Positions 49,145 through 57,745 of a stretch of DNA of 64,000 bases are shown here, piece after piece (the stretch's first letter is position 1; each line of letters starts with the position of its first letter). Location: UHGV virus genome UHGV-1374997. One strand, written 5' to 3'. The stretch comes from a virus. A program made the translations under genes and the position numbers. The notes beneath the pieces are model-generated. The model had not been told where the DNA came from. It saw only the letters and a list, made by a program, of their open reading frames with translations, and did not search any database.

Positions 49145-49669
49145 ATGCACGATAGCAAATCCGCCGAAAAGATTGCAAAAGAAGAGTATAAAGAAGAACT
49201 TGCATTCTTGGAAGAACTTGAACATGAAATTGGCGAGCATTGTGAAGCTGGCGTCAAATCAATGCCCCATGTCGAAAACACTCGTGAACTACTTAAAGCA
49301 CATAAAGAATTGTGCCATTATCTCATGTATAAGTGCGCTATTCATGAAATGTCGGAATATTCCGAAGTGTATCATGAGATTGAAGACGTTATTGAAAATC
49401 CGCCCCATACGTGGTATCCCTACATGGATAAACCGGGCGGGCACATGAATATCATTGAGATGGAAGTCGGAGAGATGATGCACGCCTATGAAGGAATGCG
49501 CGCCACGCCTCCCACGATGACCCATGCTCAATTCGTACACGAGCTTAAACATGCCGCCGCCGCAATCTGCTACGCTCTGGAAGAAATGACCTGCTCTGAC
49601 AAGGAATACCATAAAAAGCACCATTTCCATAAGCCGTATCCCGAAGAATACGGTTCTAAGGCGAAATAA
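49145..49669 (+). CDS. His-rich hypothetical protein
   Basis: 174 aa with many His and Glu residues. Confidence 0.4.
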   Translation: MHDSKSAEKIAKEEYKEELAFLEELEHEIGEHCEAGVKSMPHVENTRELLKAHKELCHYLMYKCAIHEMSEYSEVYHEIEDVIENPPHTWYPYMDKPGGHMNIIEMEVGEMMHAYEGMRATPPTMTHAQFVHELKHAAAAICYALEEMTCSDKEYHKKHHFHKPYPEEYGSKAK

Positions 49670-49671
49670 TC

Positions 49672-49881
49672 ATGAACATCGAATCTGATCGCGGGATAGA
49701 TACAGGACAATCGGAATCTAAGACTTTCGGATGGATACCTTGTGCATTATGCAAGGCATGGATTCCGATTGTCAAAGACGGAGTACACGAACCTCCGAAA
49801 CACGGTATCTGCCCGTATCGGAAGCCCTCTAAATGCAAAACGGAACCTAGCTTCGGTTGTCGTTGGGGCTTTACTGCTTAA
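49672..49881 (+). CDS. hypothetical small protein
   Basis: 69-aa ORF. Confidence 0.3.
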   Translation: MNIESDRGIDTGQSESKTFGWIPCALCKAWIPIVKDGVHEPPKHGICPYRKPSKCKTEPSFGCRWGFTA

Positions 49882-49916
49882 TCAGAAATTCTCCCTACCT
49901 CCTTCCCATCCCTCCC

Positions 49917-49950
49917 TTAAAGGCGTCTATCCGGACGCCTTTTTCTTTTC
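49917..49950 (+). terminator. rho-independent terminator
   Basis: aaaggcgtc-tatccg-gacgccttt followed by ttcttttc. Confidence 0.6.
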
Positions 49951-49979
49951 TTGACAAAAATGTAAAATGAAGCTATACT
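49951..49979 (+). promoter_or_regulatory. sigma70-like promoter TTGACA-17-TATACT upstream of terminase
   Basis: Consensus-like hexamers with 17-nt spacing. Shares the 17-mer TTGACAAAAATGTAAAA with 19375. Confidence 0.55.
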
Positions 49980-50022
49980 TCTTTGATAATACCATTTTTG
50001 TCAGATAAGGAGAGGAGTTTCA

Positions 50023-52158
50023 ATGGCTAATGTAAAACCCATAACGACTAAACAATTCAATCAAAATAAAAAGCATATCACCGACATCCATTGGTACGCC
50101 GACAATGTTCTTAATGGAAATGTTCAGGTCTGTAAATACATTAGAGCATTATGCAAGAACTTTAAAGATGACCTCGCCAATAAAGACCTTGATTTTTATT
50201 TTTCAGAAGAATCAGCTATCCGAGTAATTTGTTTTATCGAAAATATGGTGCATGTCAAGGGCGTTCTTACCGGGCAACGGTTAAAACTTGAACCTTGGCA
50301 GAAATTTTTTGTCGGTAACATCTTCGGCTGGCTGGACAAGAAAAACAATCTCCGCAGATACAGAGAGGCAGCTCTTATCGTTCCCCGAAAAGCTGGCAAG
50401 GCTTTAGCTGTAAGCACTCCAATCCCTACTCCCGAGGGTTGGGTCACGATGAATGATTTAAAGCCCGGAGACGCCGTTTATGGGCCAAATTCGGATATAC
50501 GGAGAGTAGTAGCCGCAACGGAAGTGATGTACGGAAGGCCGTGCTACGAAATTTCTTTCAATGATGGTTCTTCTATTACGGCTGACGCGGAACATCTTTG
50601 GAAAATTGATGGTAAGAATATCGTAACCTCCGAAAGTCTGCATCAAATTTTGTCTCACAATGGCAGAAAGCCTAAAGTATGGGTAGCCCCGAATGTAAAA
50701 CGGCATGATGGCGAGACGGTACCTGTGGTAAGATTCATTACGGATTGTAAGCCTGTGGAAAGCGTTCCAGTGAAGTGTATACAGGTTGATAATGAGGACG
50801 GAATGTATCTTTGCGGGGAAACGTATATTCCGACTCACAATAGCAGCCTTGCGGCGGCTATTGGACACTATATGTTGGTTGGTGAAAAAGAAAAAGGTTC
50901 GGAAGTATACTGTGGCGCAACCACGGAAGTTCAGGCATTTGTGCTGTTCAACATTGCTCGGGACATGATTGTCGCCAATAAAGCATTTGAAGAGGCATTC
51001 GGCCTGACTTATACTAAAGAGTCTATTCATGCACAATCAACACTTTCTACGTTCAAGCCTATTATCGGAAGCCCAAAGGACGGTAGTAACCCTCAGTGCG
51101 CTATCGTTGACGAGTATCATGAACATCCTTCGGACGCGCTGTATGACTCGTTGAAGCTCGGTATGGGCGCTAGACAACACCCCCTCTTGCTTGTTACTAC
51201 TACCGCAGGGACAAACATCAAAGGGCCTTGCTATCGTTACGTTGAGCAAGGCAGAAAGGTCGTGTTGGGGAAAGCAAAGAACGATAGATTATTTTACATG
51301 GAGTTTACCATTGATGACACGGACAAATGGGAAGATTTTTCGTGCTGGATTAAAGCCAGTCCAAACTTCGGAGTTTCCGTATCCGAAGAGTTCTTGCGCG
51401 AGCAATACGAAATAGCCAAATCATCACAGTACAAGCGCTCATCTATTCTTACCAAAATGCTGAATGTTTGGAACAACGAATCGGTGGGATGGATTGACTT
51501 TCCTAAATGGCTTAATTGTACTGACAGAAATCTAAAGATGGAAGATTTTGAAGGCGAGAAATGCTGGATTGGCATTGACTTAGCCTCTAAAGTCGACTTA
51601 ACTGCAATGGTTGCCGTCTTTAAGCGCGATGGTAAATTCTATGTTTTCGGAAAATACTATCTTCCTTCTGATACTGTAGATAGGCCGGAGAATGACCATT
51701 ATCGGGGCTGGCGAGATGAAGGCTGGCTGACCGTAACGCAAGGGGCTCGAACGGACTATCACGCTCTGGAAGAAGACCTGCAAAATTGGGCTGATAAATA
51801 TGCTATTCAGGAAGTAGCATACGACCCTAGAGAAGCCGAATATCTTATGCAGAATATCCGGGAATGGGCAGCTTTTGAATGTATTGAGTTTACCCAATCC
51901 TCTGCCACTTTCTCTGAGCCGATGAAAGAGTTTGAAGCTGCGTACCTTAACGGGGAACTTTTCCACCAGAATGACCCTATCCTCAATTTCGCAGCAGGGA
52001 ATGTCGTCCTGAAATCCACAACGAACAAACTTGTCTATATGACCAAAACGGCAAATGAAAATAAAATCGACCCGATGGTTGCTATGATTATGGCAATCGC
52101 TAGAGCAATGGAAGATAAAGAAGAAGAGGCGTCAGATCCGTTTATTATGTTCCTTTAG
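50023..52158 (+). CDS. terL: terminase large subunit, interrupted by a mini-intein
   Basis: Removing residues 127-273 joins the Walker A motif PRKAGK|SSLAAAIG, matching the canonical VPRKNGKS[TS]LAAA. The C-terminal nuclease domain is present. Confidence 0.8.
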   Translation: MANVKPITTKQFNQNKKHITDIHWYADNVLNGNVQVCKYIRALCKNFKDDLANKDLDFYFSEESAIRVICFIENMVHVKGVLTGQRLKLEPWQKFFVGNIFGWLDKKNNLRRYREAALIVPRKAGKALAVSTPIPTPEGWVTMNDLKPGDAVYGPNSDIRRVVAATEVMYGRPCYEISFNDGSSITADAEHLWKIDGKNIVTSESLHQILSHNGRKPKVWVAPNVKRHDGETVPVVRFITDCKPVESVPVKCIQVDNEDGMYLCGETYIPTHNSSLAAAIGHYMLVGEKEKGSEVYCGATTEVQAFVLFNIARDMIVANKAFEEAFGLTYTKESIHAQSTLSTFKPIIGSPKDGSNPQCAIVDEYHEHPSDALYDSLKLGMGARQHPLLLVTTTAGTNIKGPCYRYVEQGRKVVLGKAKNDRLFYMEFTIDDTDKWEDFSCWIKASPNFGVSVSEEFLREQYEIAKSSQYKRSSILTKMLNVWNNESVGWIDFPKWLNCTDRNLKMEDFEGEKCWIGIDLASKVDLTAMVAVFKRDGKFYVFGKYYLPSDTVDRPENDHYRGWRDEGWLTVTQGARTDYHALEEDLQNWADKYAIQEVAYDPREAEYLMQNIREWAAFECIEFTQSSATFSEPMKEFEAAYLNGELFHQNDPILNFAAGNVVLKSTTNKLVYMTKTANENKIDPMVAMIMAIARAMEDKEEEASDPFIMFL
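50401..50841 (+). other. mini-intein (147 aa, Ala1, class-3-like WCT features) in terminase P-loop
   Basis: Block A ALAVST. Block B TADAEHLW. Blocks F/G VKCIQVDNEDGMYLCGETYIPTHN followed by extein Ser. There is no homing-endonuclease domain. Confidence 0.7.
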
Positions 52159-52165
52159 CGTACGT

Positions 52166-52247
52166 TAACACATACAATAGCACCCGATTAATCGCGGAAT
52201 CAATGGAAAGAGATTCATAGATTAATCGGGTGCTATTGTATGTGTTA
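52166..52247. repeat. 30-bp perfect inverted repeat with 22-nt spacer
   Basis: gttaacacatacaatagcacccgattaatc ... gattaatcgggtgctattgtatgtgttaac. Lies between the convergent terL (+) and the 52262 gene (-). Confidence 0.8.
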
Positions 52248-52261
52248 CTAGTTAAGAACTA

Positions 52262-52678
52262 TTAAAGGAACAATCCTTCTCCTCCAAAATGATATTCAGG
52301 TTGCTTATACCGCTCAATGACAAGACCCGGAGAGGAAAATCTTTTAATCAGATACAGGATCATATCAATATATTCTTCCGCGTTAAGTTGATCAAAATCA
52401 AATCCTCGATAAATATTGCTTTTATAATGATCAAGATATCCGGAAGATTTCAAGAAAGCCACACCTTTACTTCTTTTATCCAGATAAGAGTCGCTTCTCG
52501 TAAAATCAAAATTTTTAAGCACCCTTTCATATGCTACTTCAAATTGAGCTACATCAGAGACTCTATATTTGAATGTTTTCTTTTTACCATCTCCCAAAGT
52601 GACACTGATTTTGATGATTTCCATATGTTCATTCCTTATTAATTGATTTAAGAAATAATGTATGAACGCATCTATCAA
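52262..52678 (-). CDS. hypothetical protein
   Basis: 138-aa ORF. Confidence 0.4.
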   Translation of the reverse strand: MIDAFIHYFLNQLIRNEHMEIIKISVTLGDGKKKTFKYRVSDVAQFEVAYERVLKNFDFTRSDSYLDKRSKGVAFLKSSGYLDHYKSNIYRGFDFDQLNAEEYIDMILYLIKRFSSPGLVIERYKQPEYHFGGEGLFL

Positions 52679-52856
52679 TTATGAAACAAACGCTAATGAT
52701 AGGCAGTAAAAAGAAGAAAAAGGTTATACTAAAATCTTTTGATCTTAGTTCATCGGAAAATAGAAGTAATCCAATCGCAAAGATTATGGAGCTTATTGTC
52801 AGGTCATAGTATTTAAGAGCCTGTAAATTCTTTGCGAAGAATATTGATCGCTTCAT
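52629..52856 (-). CDS. small membrane protein
   Basis: 75 aa with two hydrophobic helices. Confidence 0.35.
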   Translation of the reverse strand: MKRSIFFAKNLQALKYYDLTISSIIFAIGLLLFSDELRSKDFSITFFFFLLPIISVCFIIDRCVHTLFLKSINKE

Positions 52857-53061
52857 TTATGGCATCCTCTCCTTCGGTCGTATCGAAAATGATATCGTGT
52901 GTTAATCCTTCCTTTAAAAATATAGTTATGACATTATCTTTCTTCTTAATTCCGACAATACTGTCAATTTCAAAAAATTCAATATCGGATGATAGGGTAT
53001 TGTCAAAAATAAGATAATTTTTTTTTGAGCGTAAAGGCTTTTCATCAAGATTATAATACAT
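52813..53061 (-). CDS. hypothetical protein
   Basis: 82-aa ORF. Confidence 0.35.
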   Translation of the reverse strand: MYYNLDEKPLRSKKNYLIFDNTLSSDIEFFEIDSIVGIKKKDNVITIFLKEGLTHDIIFDTTEGEDAINEAINILRKEFTGS

Positions 53062-53329
53062 TTTTAATCCCCTTTTTATTTACGACATAAAAACGCTGAC
53101 CTTTCGGTGGATCTGGCCTTTCAGGGCAAACCCACCCTTTTGGATGCGAGACTATATGGGCTCCTGCTTTGTCATCTTCATTCCCTAGTAGGTAGAATAA
53201 CAGAAGGATAAGAAGCGCGGAGAATATTATGATAAACACTGTCTCTATCCTCCTTTGAAGGAAATACAAATCTTCGATCAAAAATTTCAGTTTTAGTTTC
53301 CAACGATATGACCAATTCATGGTAGTCAT
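53051..53329 (-). CDS. hypothetical membrane protein
   Basis: 92 aa with a hydrophobic helix. Confidence 0.3.
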   Translation of the reverse strand: MTTMNWSYRWKLKLKFLIEDLYFLQRRIETVFIIIFSALLILLLFYLLGNEDDKAGAHIVSHPKGWVCPERPDPPKGQRFYVVNKKGIKNVL

Positions 53330-53421
53330 CGTAGTCCCCGCGCATAAGAATGATGCGGTCTAAATCAATAGCTATTTTCCTTTCAAGCGTGACGCCATAC
53401 TAAAAGCTATAAAGTTTCATT

Positions 53422-53643
53422 CTACCCCCTATTACTACTCATTATGAGAAGTCTAGAAAATGCTTCATCTCTACATTCCTCGGAAGAAAAAGAATACTCA
53501 AAAACATGGTCTTTATTGCTTCCGCATAGTATAATTTGAAGTTTCATACTGCCATTTTCCTTACTCATTGAGATTATTCTATGCGTGTCAATGGCTTCTA
53601 CGAATTCGTTATTCATTCCAAATCGAAAATTTACCAATTTCAT
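53422..53643 (-). CDS. hypothetical protein
   Basis: 73-aa ORF. Confidence 0.3.
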   Translation of the reverse strand: MKLVNFRFGMNNEFVEAIDTHRIISMSKENGSMKLQIILCGSNKDHVFEYSFSSEECRDEAFSRLLIMSSNRG

Positions 53644-54011
53644 GCCGATCCCTTCCCTTTCCGATAGTCGGAGGTTATTTTTGAATGACAGGATTTACAT
53701 AACGCCATAAGGTTGTTTTCGTCAAGTATTTTTCCACCCTCGTTAATAGGAATGATATGGTGGACTTCGTTAGCCACGTTAGGGAATGGGGTCGTTTTCT
53801 CGCATTCCTCGCAGAAGGGGTGCTTCCTGAGATAACGCTCACGAACTTTCTTCCACCTTGAATCGTACCCTCTTTCCGCCGGGGTTCCGCGCTTCATATC
53901 ATATCGTTTATCTGACGAGATTCTGTGCTTGGCACAATCTTCGCAGTACCCCGAAGGGTGATCCGTTGGCTTTTTACAGTGCTTACATGGTTTTTTTGGT
54001 CTAGGGGGCAT
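53640..54011 (-). CDS. HNH endonuclease
   Basis: Cys pairs CKHCKK...CEDC and CEEC...HHIIP...N...LCKSCH. Confidence 0.75.
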   Translation of the reverse strand: MPPRPKKPCKHCKKPTDHPSGYCEDCAKHRISSDKRYDMKRGTPAERGYDSRWKKVRERYLRKHPFCEECEKTTPFPNVANEVHHIIPINEGGKILDENNLMALCKSCHSKITSDYRKGKGSA

Positions 54012-54107
54012 ATATGGACCTCCATAATTAATCGTATTTTATTGATAAGGTTCCAGCGGAAAGAAACCACGCCAGTCTATAGACAGCTCCACTAAGTTGG
54101 TCTTTGC

Positions 54108-55375
54108 TTATTTGACATCCTCCCCCGCCTAAAGTCGGGGGATTCCTATCAGTAAGGCCCAATTAGACCAAACTATAGGCGGGTTCCTGATTCAACGCGG
54201 GCGCTTGAGCCCTTCCCGCTCCACAGGCTGTAACGGCAAGCCCTGCCGCCAAAATGTTCAACGCCGCATTGTGATCAGCGTTAAATTCAAATCCGCAAGC
54301 TGTACATTTAAATTTGGCTTGCGTTTGTCTGTTTTGTTTATCCACACATCCGCAACGGCTACAGGTCTGGCTGGTATACTGAGGAGGGATTGCGACCAAA
54401 GATCCACCCAACCATGCCAGCTTGTATGTCAACTGCCGCCGGAACTCAAACCACCCTTGATCCAATATAGACTTATTCAAACCTGACTTGCGTTTTCCTC
54501 CTGCCTTTGAGCTGGACATATTCCGCACTTTCAAGTCCTCAAGCACAACAACAGCGTGGTTTTTGCTAATCATTGTGCTTGTCTTGTGCAGAAAGTCCTT
54601 GCGAGCATTAGCTATGTGGAGGTGCAAGCGTTGAATGCGTGATTTGATCTTTTGCCAGTTGGAGGAAAACTTTTTGCATCTTGCTTGTTTGCGTTGCAGT
54701 TTTGCCAACTTCTTTTCATATTTGCGAAAGCTATTCAACGGTTCAATTGTGTTTCCATCAGAGAGCGTTGCAAAATGAGCAACACCCATATCAATACCAA
54801 TAAAACTTTTAGACGGATGAATAGGCTCCGGAGCTTCACGCTCTGTCAGAATGGATACATACCATTCTCCAGCAGAAAGAGAAACCGCTACTTGCTTGAG
54901 AGTCCCTTTTATAGCCCGGCTTTTTCTGTAACGCACCCAACCTATTTTGGGAAGATAAACGCGGCTATTTCCTTCATCCAACTTGAAGCCTTGCGGATAG
55001 CGAAAGGTGTTGTGAGCACCTTTCTTCTTGAATTGAGGGAAATTTGCACGCTTCTCAAAGAAATTTTTGTAAGCCTGATCAAGATCCTTCAATACAAACT
55101 GCAATATCTGAGAGTGCGCTCCAGCAAGAAAAGATGTTTCTTCTTCCTTTTTCCAATCACGGAGGGCCTTACAAAGGTTATAAAACCCAAGCCGTTTTCC
55201 CTCCGCTTGATATGTTTCTTTCTCCAATGCAAGCGCCTTATTCCAGACGAAACGGCAGCACCCGGCAAAACTCAACATGAGATTTGCTTGTTTGGCTTTA
55301 GGACGTAACTGGAATTTGTATGCTTGCATTCTTTTCATGGCTTAAATTATACTCAGTTTATAGGTAAATGTCAAG
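54108..55375 (-). mobile_element. IS200/IS605-family TnpB-only element, copy 3 (inverted)
   Basis: The right end matches copy 2 through gggggaggatgtcaaataa. The left end carries a 68-bp copy-specific segment with a G9 tract. Beyond that, 55443-55476 matches the upstream flank of copy 1. Confidence 0.7.
54163..55338 (-). CDS. tnpB: TnpB (OrfB_IS605) RuvC-like RNA-guided nuclease
   Basis: 391 aa. Motifs IGIDMGV, VVLEDL, CSRCGC...CTACG and NADHNAALNI are intact. About 93% identical to copies 1 and 2. Confidence 0.9.
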   Translation of the reverse strand: MKRMQAYKFQLRPKAKQANLMLSFAGCCRFVWNKALALEKETYQAEGKRLGFYNLCKALRDWKKEEETSFLAGAHSQILQFVLKDLDQAYKNFFEKRANFPQFKKKGAHNTFRYPQGFKLDEGNSRVYLPKIGWVRYRKSRAIKGTLKQVAVSLSAGEWYVSILTEREAPEPIHPSKSFIGIDMGVAHFATLSDGNTIEPLNSFRKYEKKLAKLQRKQARCKKFSSNWQKIKSRIQRLHLHIANARKDFLHKTSTMISKNHAVVVLEDLKVRNMSSSKAGGKRKSGLNKSILDQGWFEFRRQLTYKLAWLGGSLVAIPPQYTSQTCSRCGCVDKQNRQTQAKFKCTACGFEFNADHNAALNILAAGLAVTACGAGRAQAPALNQEPAYSLV

Positions 55376-55559
55376 TTATTTTTTTTTCGGGATAGGGGGG
55401 GGGGTTATCGCAAGTCTTTATAGTCTATTATTCATGAGTAAAGGCAAAAATTCCAGTTAAGGTGCGCCTTATATCCTCCCCCTAAAGAGAGAGAGAGGTT
55501 TTACGGCGCGTCCGATAAAAAGCATATAATGTGGCTTACGAAATTATTATTCATGGATT

Positions 55560-55943
55560 TTACTTTTCCTCAGACATAAAAATGTAAAAATGATTTTTTG
55601 CGGGCTCGCAATATTGCCATTTGAGTATATGAGACGTATCAGTTGACCTACTCCCCATATATTTCAACTCACCTTCTTGTATCTTCTTATTAAAAAATCC
55701 TATATACCACACTTTTTTATCGTCGCTAAAAGCTACAAGTTCTCCCTCCCGAAATTCCTGATCTGGGGCATCGTAAGTCCCCGCAAGATGTTCGTTACCT
55801 TCGTAAGGAATGCAATACTTACACACAATCAAGCTGGTATCTTTAAAAGCGTCCCCTACCTTTCCCGAAAAAAGCGCGGGCTCCCAAATTTCATGTTCAG
55901 AATCTCGCATCAAGACTTTATCAAAAGGCTTAAAATCGTACAT
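55560..55943 (-). CDS. hypothetical protein, paralog of 56264..56641
   Basis: Shares FDKVL.RDSE..IW....F.....YCIP..GNEHL.GT...CEPAKNHF. Confidence 0.45.
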   Translation of the reverse strand: MYDFKPFDKVLMRDSEHEIWEPALFSGKVGDAFKDTSLIVCKYCIPYEGNEHLAGTYDAPDQEFREGELVAFSDDKKVWYIGFFNKKIQEGELKYMGSRSTDTSHILKWQYCEPAKNHFYIFMSEEK

Positions 55944-55967
55944 TATGTAATCTCCTTTTTAAGCTGG

Positions 55968-56252
55968 TTAAAACAATACATGTTTCATTTTACGGTCAAA
56001 CAATCCTTCAAGATAGTCAATTTCTTCCTCAGAAAAATTGAAATTAAAACCTAGCATAAGATGATTACGTGCGAAAGGGTCAAGTTTCCATGCTTGAAAC
56101 CTTTCTTCTTTTTGATTGTCTCCCCATTTGATAGTACATTCCCGATAAAAAGCATTCGTTAAAGTCTTTTCTTGCCCATCCACTGTGAGAGTGAGCCACC
56201 CATCAGTAATATCTGAGTTCCATTCGTAACGTATGAGCTTGATTTCACGCAT
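55968..56252 (-). CDS. hypothetical protein
   Basis: 94-aa ORF. Confidence 0.4.
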   Translation of the reverse strand: MREIKLIRYEWNSDITDGWLTLTVDGQEKTLTNAFYRECTIKWGDNQKEERFQAWKLDPFARNHLMLGFNFNFSEEEIDYLEGLFDRKMKHVLF

Positions 56253-56263
56253 TATCTATTCTC

Positions 56264-56641
56264 CTAAGAATTAAATTCAAAGTGATTTTTTGCGGGCTCG
56301 CAACAGTCCCATTCTTGACATCCGCTAGATGAAGTGCACCCGAAGGTGACAAAGAGCTTTTTATCGTTACAGATTATTATTTCTTTAAAAATTCGCAAAT
56401 GCCAAACAGATTCATAGTTGTCTCTAACCGCCACAAGGTCGCGTTGCTTAGGCACCCATTCACTATTCTTTGTCCCCACAAGATGCTCATTGCCGAGGGC
56501 AGGGATGCAATATTCCCAAAGAGCTTCATTAATAGCTATAACCTTCCCATCTCTTCTATAATGAGAGAAAAATGTTGCGACCCAAATATCATCTTCGGAA
56601 TCCCTAACCAAAACCTTATCAAACATTTTAAACTCAGGCAT
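56264..56641 (-). CDS. hypothetical protein, paralog of 55560..55943
   Basis: Same conserved motifs as its paralog. Confidence 0.45.
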   Translation of the reverse strand: MPEFKMFDKVLVRDSEDDIWVATFFSHYRRDGKVIAINEALWEYCIPALGNEHLVGTKNSEWVPKQRDLVAVRDNYESVWHLRIFKEIIICNDKKLFVTFGCTSSSGCQEWDCCEPAKNHFEFNS

Positions 56642-57024
56642 TAGATTTCCTCCTTTATTATATTTTGTTCCGCCATAATAAATGCCGCATCAATTTCCTT
56701 AGCTATTTGGTCAGCAATATAATCCTCATCTTTAACTCCATCTTTCTCTACAGACATGGACGCTAGGCATAAAAGAGCATCCGAAAGAATCTTGACCGAC
56801 TTACACGCCGCAACGATATACTTAGCGTTGGCAAGCTGTTGCTCTCTCAGGACGTTTTGAGCAGGATAGTCCTTACAGACATACATGCTTACCATTGCGA
56901 TATGCTTGTCTCCGCAGTTAATGGCTCCATGACAATGAGACTCGTCAAGATGCCAATCGCCTCCATTCGTAGCGGCTTTCCTTAGCTTTTCCAATCCTGT
57001 AAGGAATCTAAGACTTTCGTTCAT
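56641..57024 (-). CDS. hypothetical Cys/His-containing protein
   Basis: Start reassigned to MNESL with RBS aaaggatgg. Confidence 0.4.
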   Translation of the reverse strand: MNESLRFLTGLEKLRKAATNGGDWHLDESHCHGAINCGDKHIAMVSMYVCKDYPAQNVLREQQLANAKYIVAACKSVKILSDALLCLASMSVEKDGVKDEDYIADQIAKEIDAAFIMAEQNIIKEEI

Positions 57025-57385
57025 ATCTCGCCATCCTTTCTTCATGTTCCATTTCCGCCTCGACCATAAGTTCAGCTTCACGCAAAAGGCACCAATTACC
57101 GCAACCGGGGAAGCTTCCACCTTTGCGCGGACACAAAGCCTTCATACTGTGAGCGCAAGGTACATCATTGTAATCCATGCTAATCAGTTTAATCTTTACG
57201 CGAGACTCGAACATAAGAGCGTCATAATAGTCAGGATACAAGGAATCAAAATACCCTCTTTCCGGACAATCTCTGCACATAAGGGAGGATTGATATTCAC
57301 AATTTTTGCATTGATCGATAAAATAAACTCTGTTTTTAAGCCACTCTTTTTCCTTGTTTGTAAGACCGTACTTGTTTTTTCTCAT
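57008..57385 (-). CDS. Cys-rich hypothetical protein
   Basis: CKNCEY...CRDCPERG...CAHS...CPRKGGSFPGCGNWC. Confidence 0.4.
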   Translation of the reverse strand: MRKNKYGLTNKEKEWLKNRVYFIDQCKNCEYQSSLMCRDCPERGYFDSLYPDYYDALMFESRVKIKLISMDYNDVPCAHSMKALCPRKGGSFPGCGNWCLLREAELMVEAEMEHEERMARYERKS

Positions 57386-57407
57386 GATGTCAATTCTCCT
57401 TTAATTT

Positions 57408-57620
57408 TTATCGGTTATCTGGCAATCCCAAAGTTATAAGCCTCGTAAGAACATGAGGTTTCGGAACTCCGAAAAGCATTGAGAGCCTAGTAATACTATA
57501 ATTATGTTCCTCTGCTTTCTCTCTAAACAATTCCTCCGGCATCAAAAGCTCGTATGCGAATAGGTTAGCTTCAATCTCTTCTTCTCTCGTAAATTGCTTT
57601 GATTCGTTTTTCATGCCCAT
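57408..57620 (-). CDS. stand-alone ImmA/IrrE C-terminal-domain mini-protein (no HEXXH)
   Basis: EANLFAYELLMPEELFRE...FGVPKPHVLTRLITLGL matches the family pattern EAN.FA.ELLMP....RL..LG. Has its own promoter and RBS agggagg. Confidence 0.5.
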   Translation of the reverse strand: MGMKNESKQFTREEEIEANLFAYELLMPEELFREKAEEHNYSITRLSMLFGVPKPHVLTRLITLGLPDNR

Positions 57621-57641
57621 TTCCTCCCTCTCTTGAAATAG

Positions 57642-57670
57642 ATACTACGAAATTATATTGGAGGTGTCAA
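57642..57670 (-). promoter_or_regulatory. sigma70-like promoter TTGACA-17-TAGTAT (leftward)
   Basis: The minus-strand sequence is ttgacacctccaatataatttcgtagtat. It lies 30 nt upstream of the ATG at 57620. Confidence 0.5.
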
Positions 57671-57691
57671 TACTTTTTTGTTTAAACTACA

Positions 57692-57741
57692 AGATAAAAA
57701 TAAAGACTTGTGACGATTCAGGTTGTCACAAGTCTTTATTT
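57692..57741 (-). terminator. 13-bp stem hairpin with flanking A/T runs (terminator of SPFH operon, possibly bidirectional)
   Basis: aaagacttgtgac-gattcaggtt-gtcacaagtcttt. Confidence 0.55.
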
Positions 57742-57745
57742 GCAT

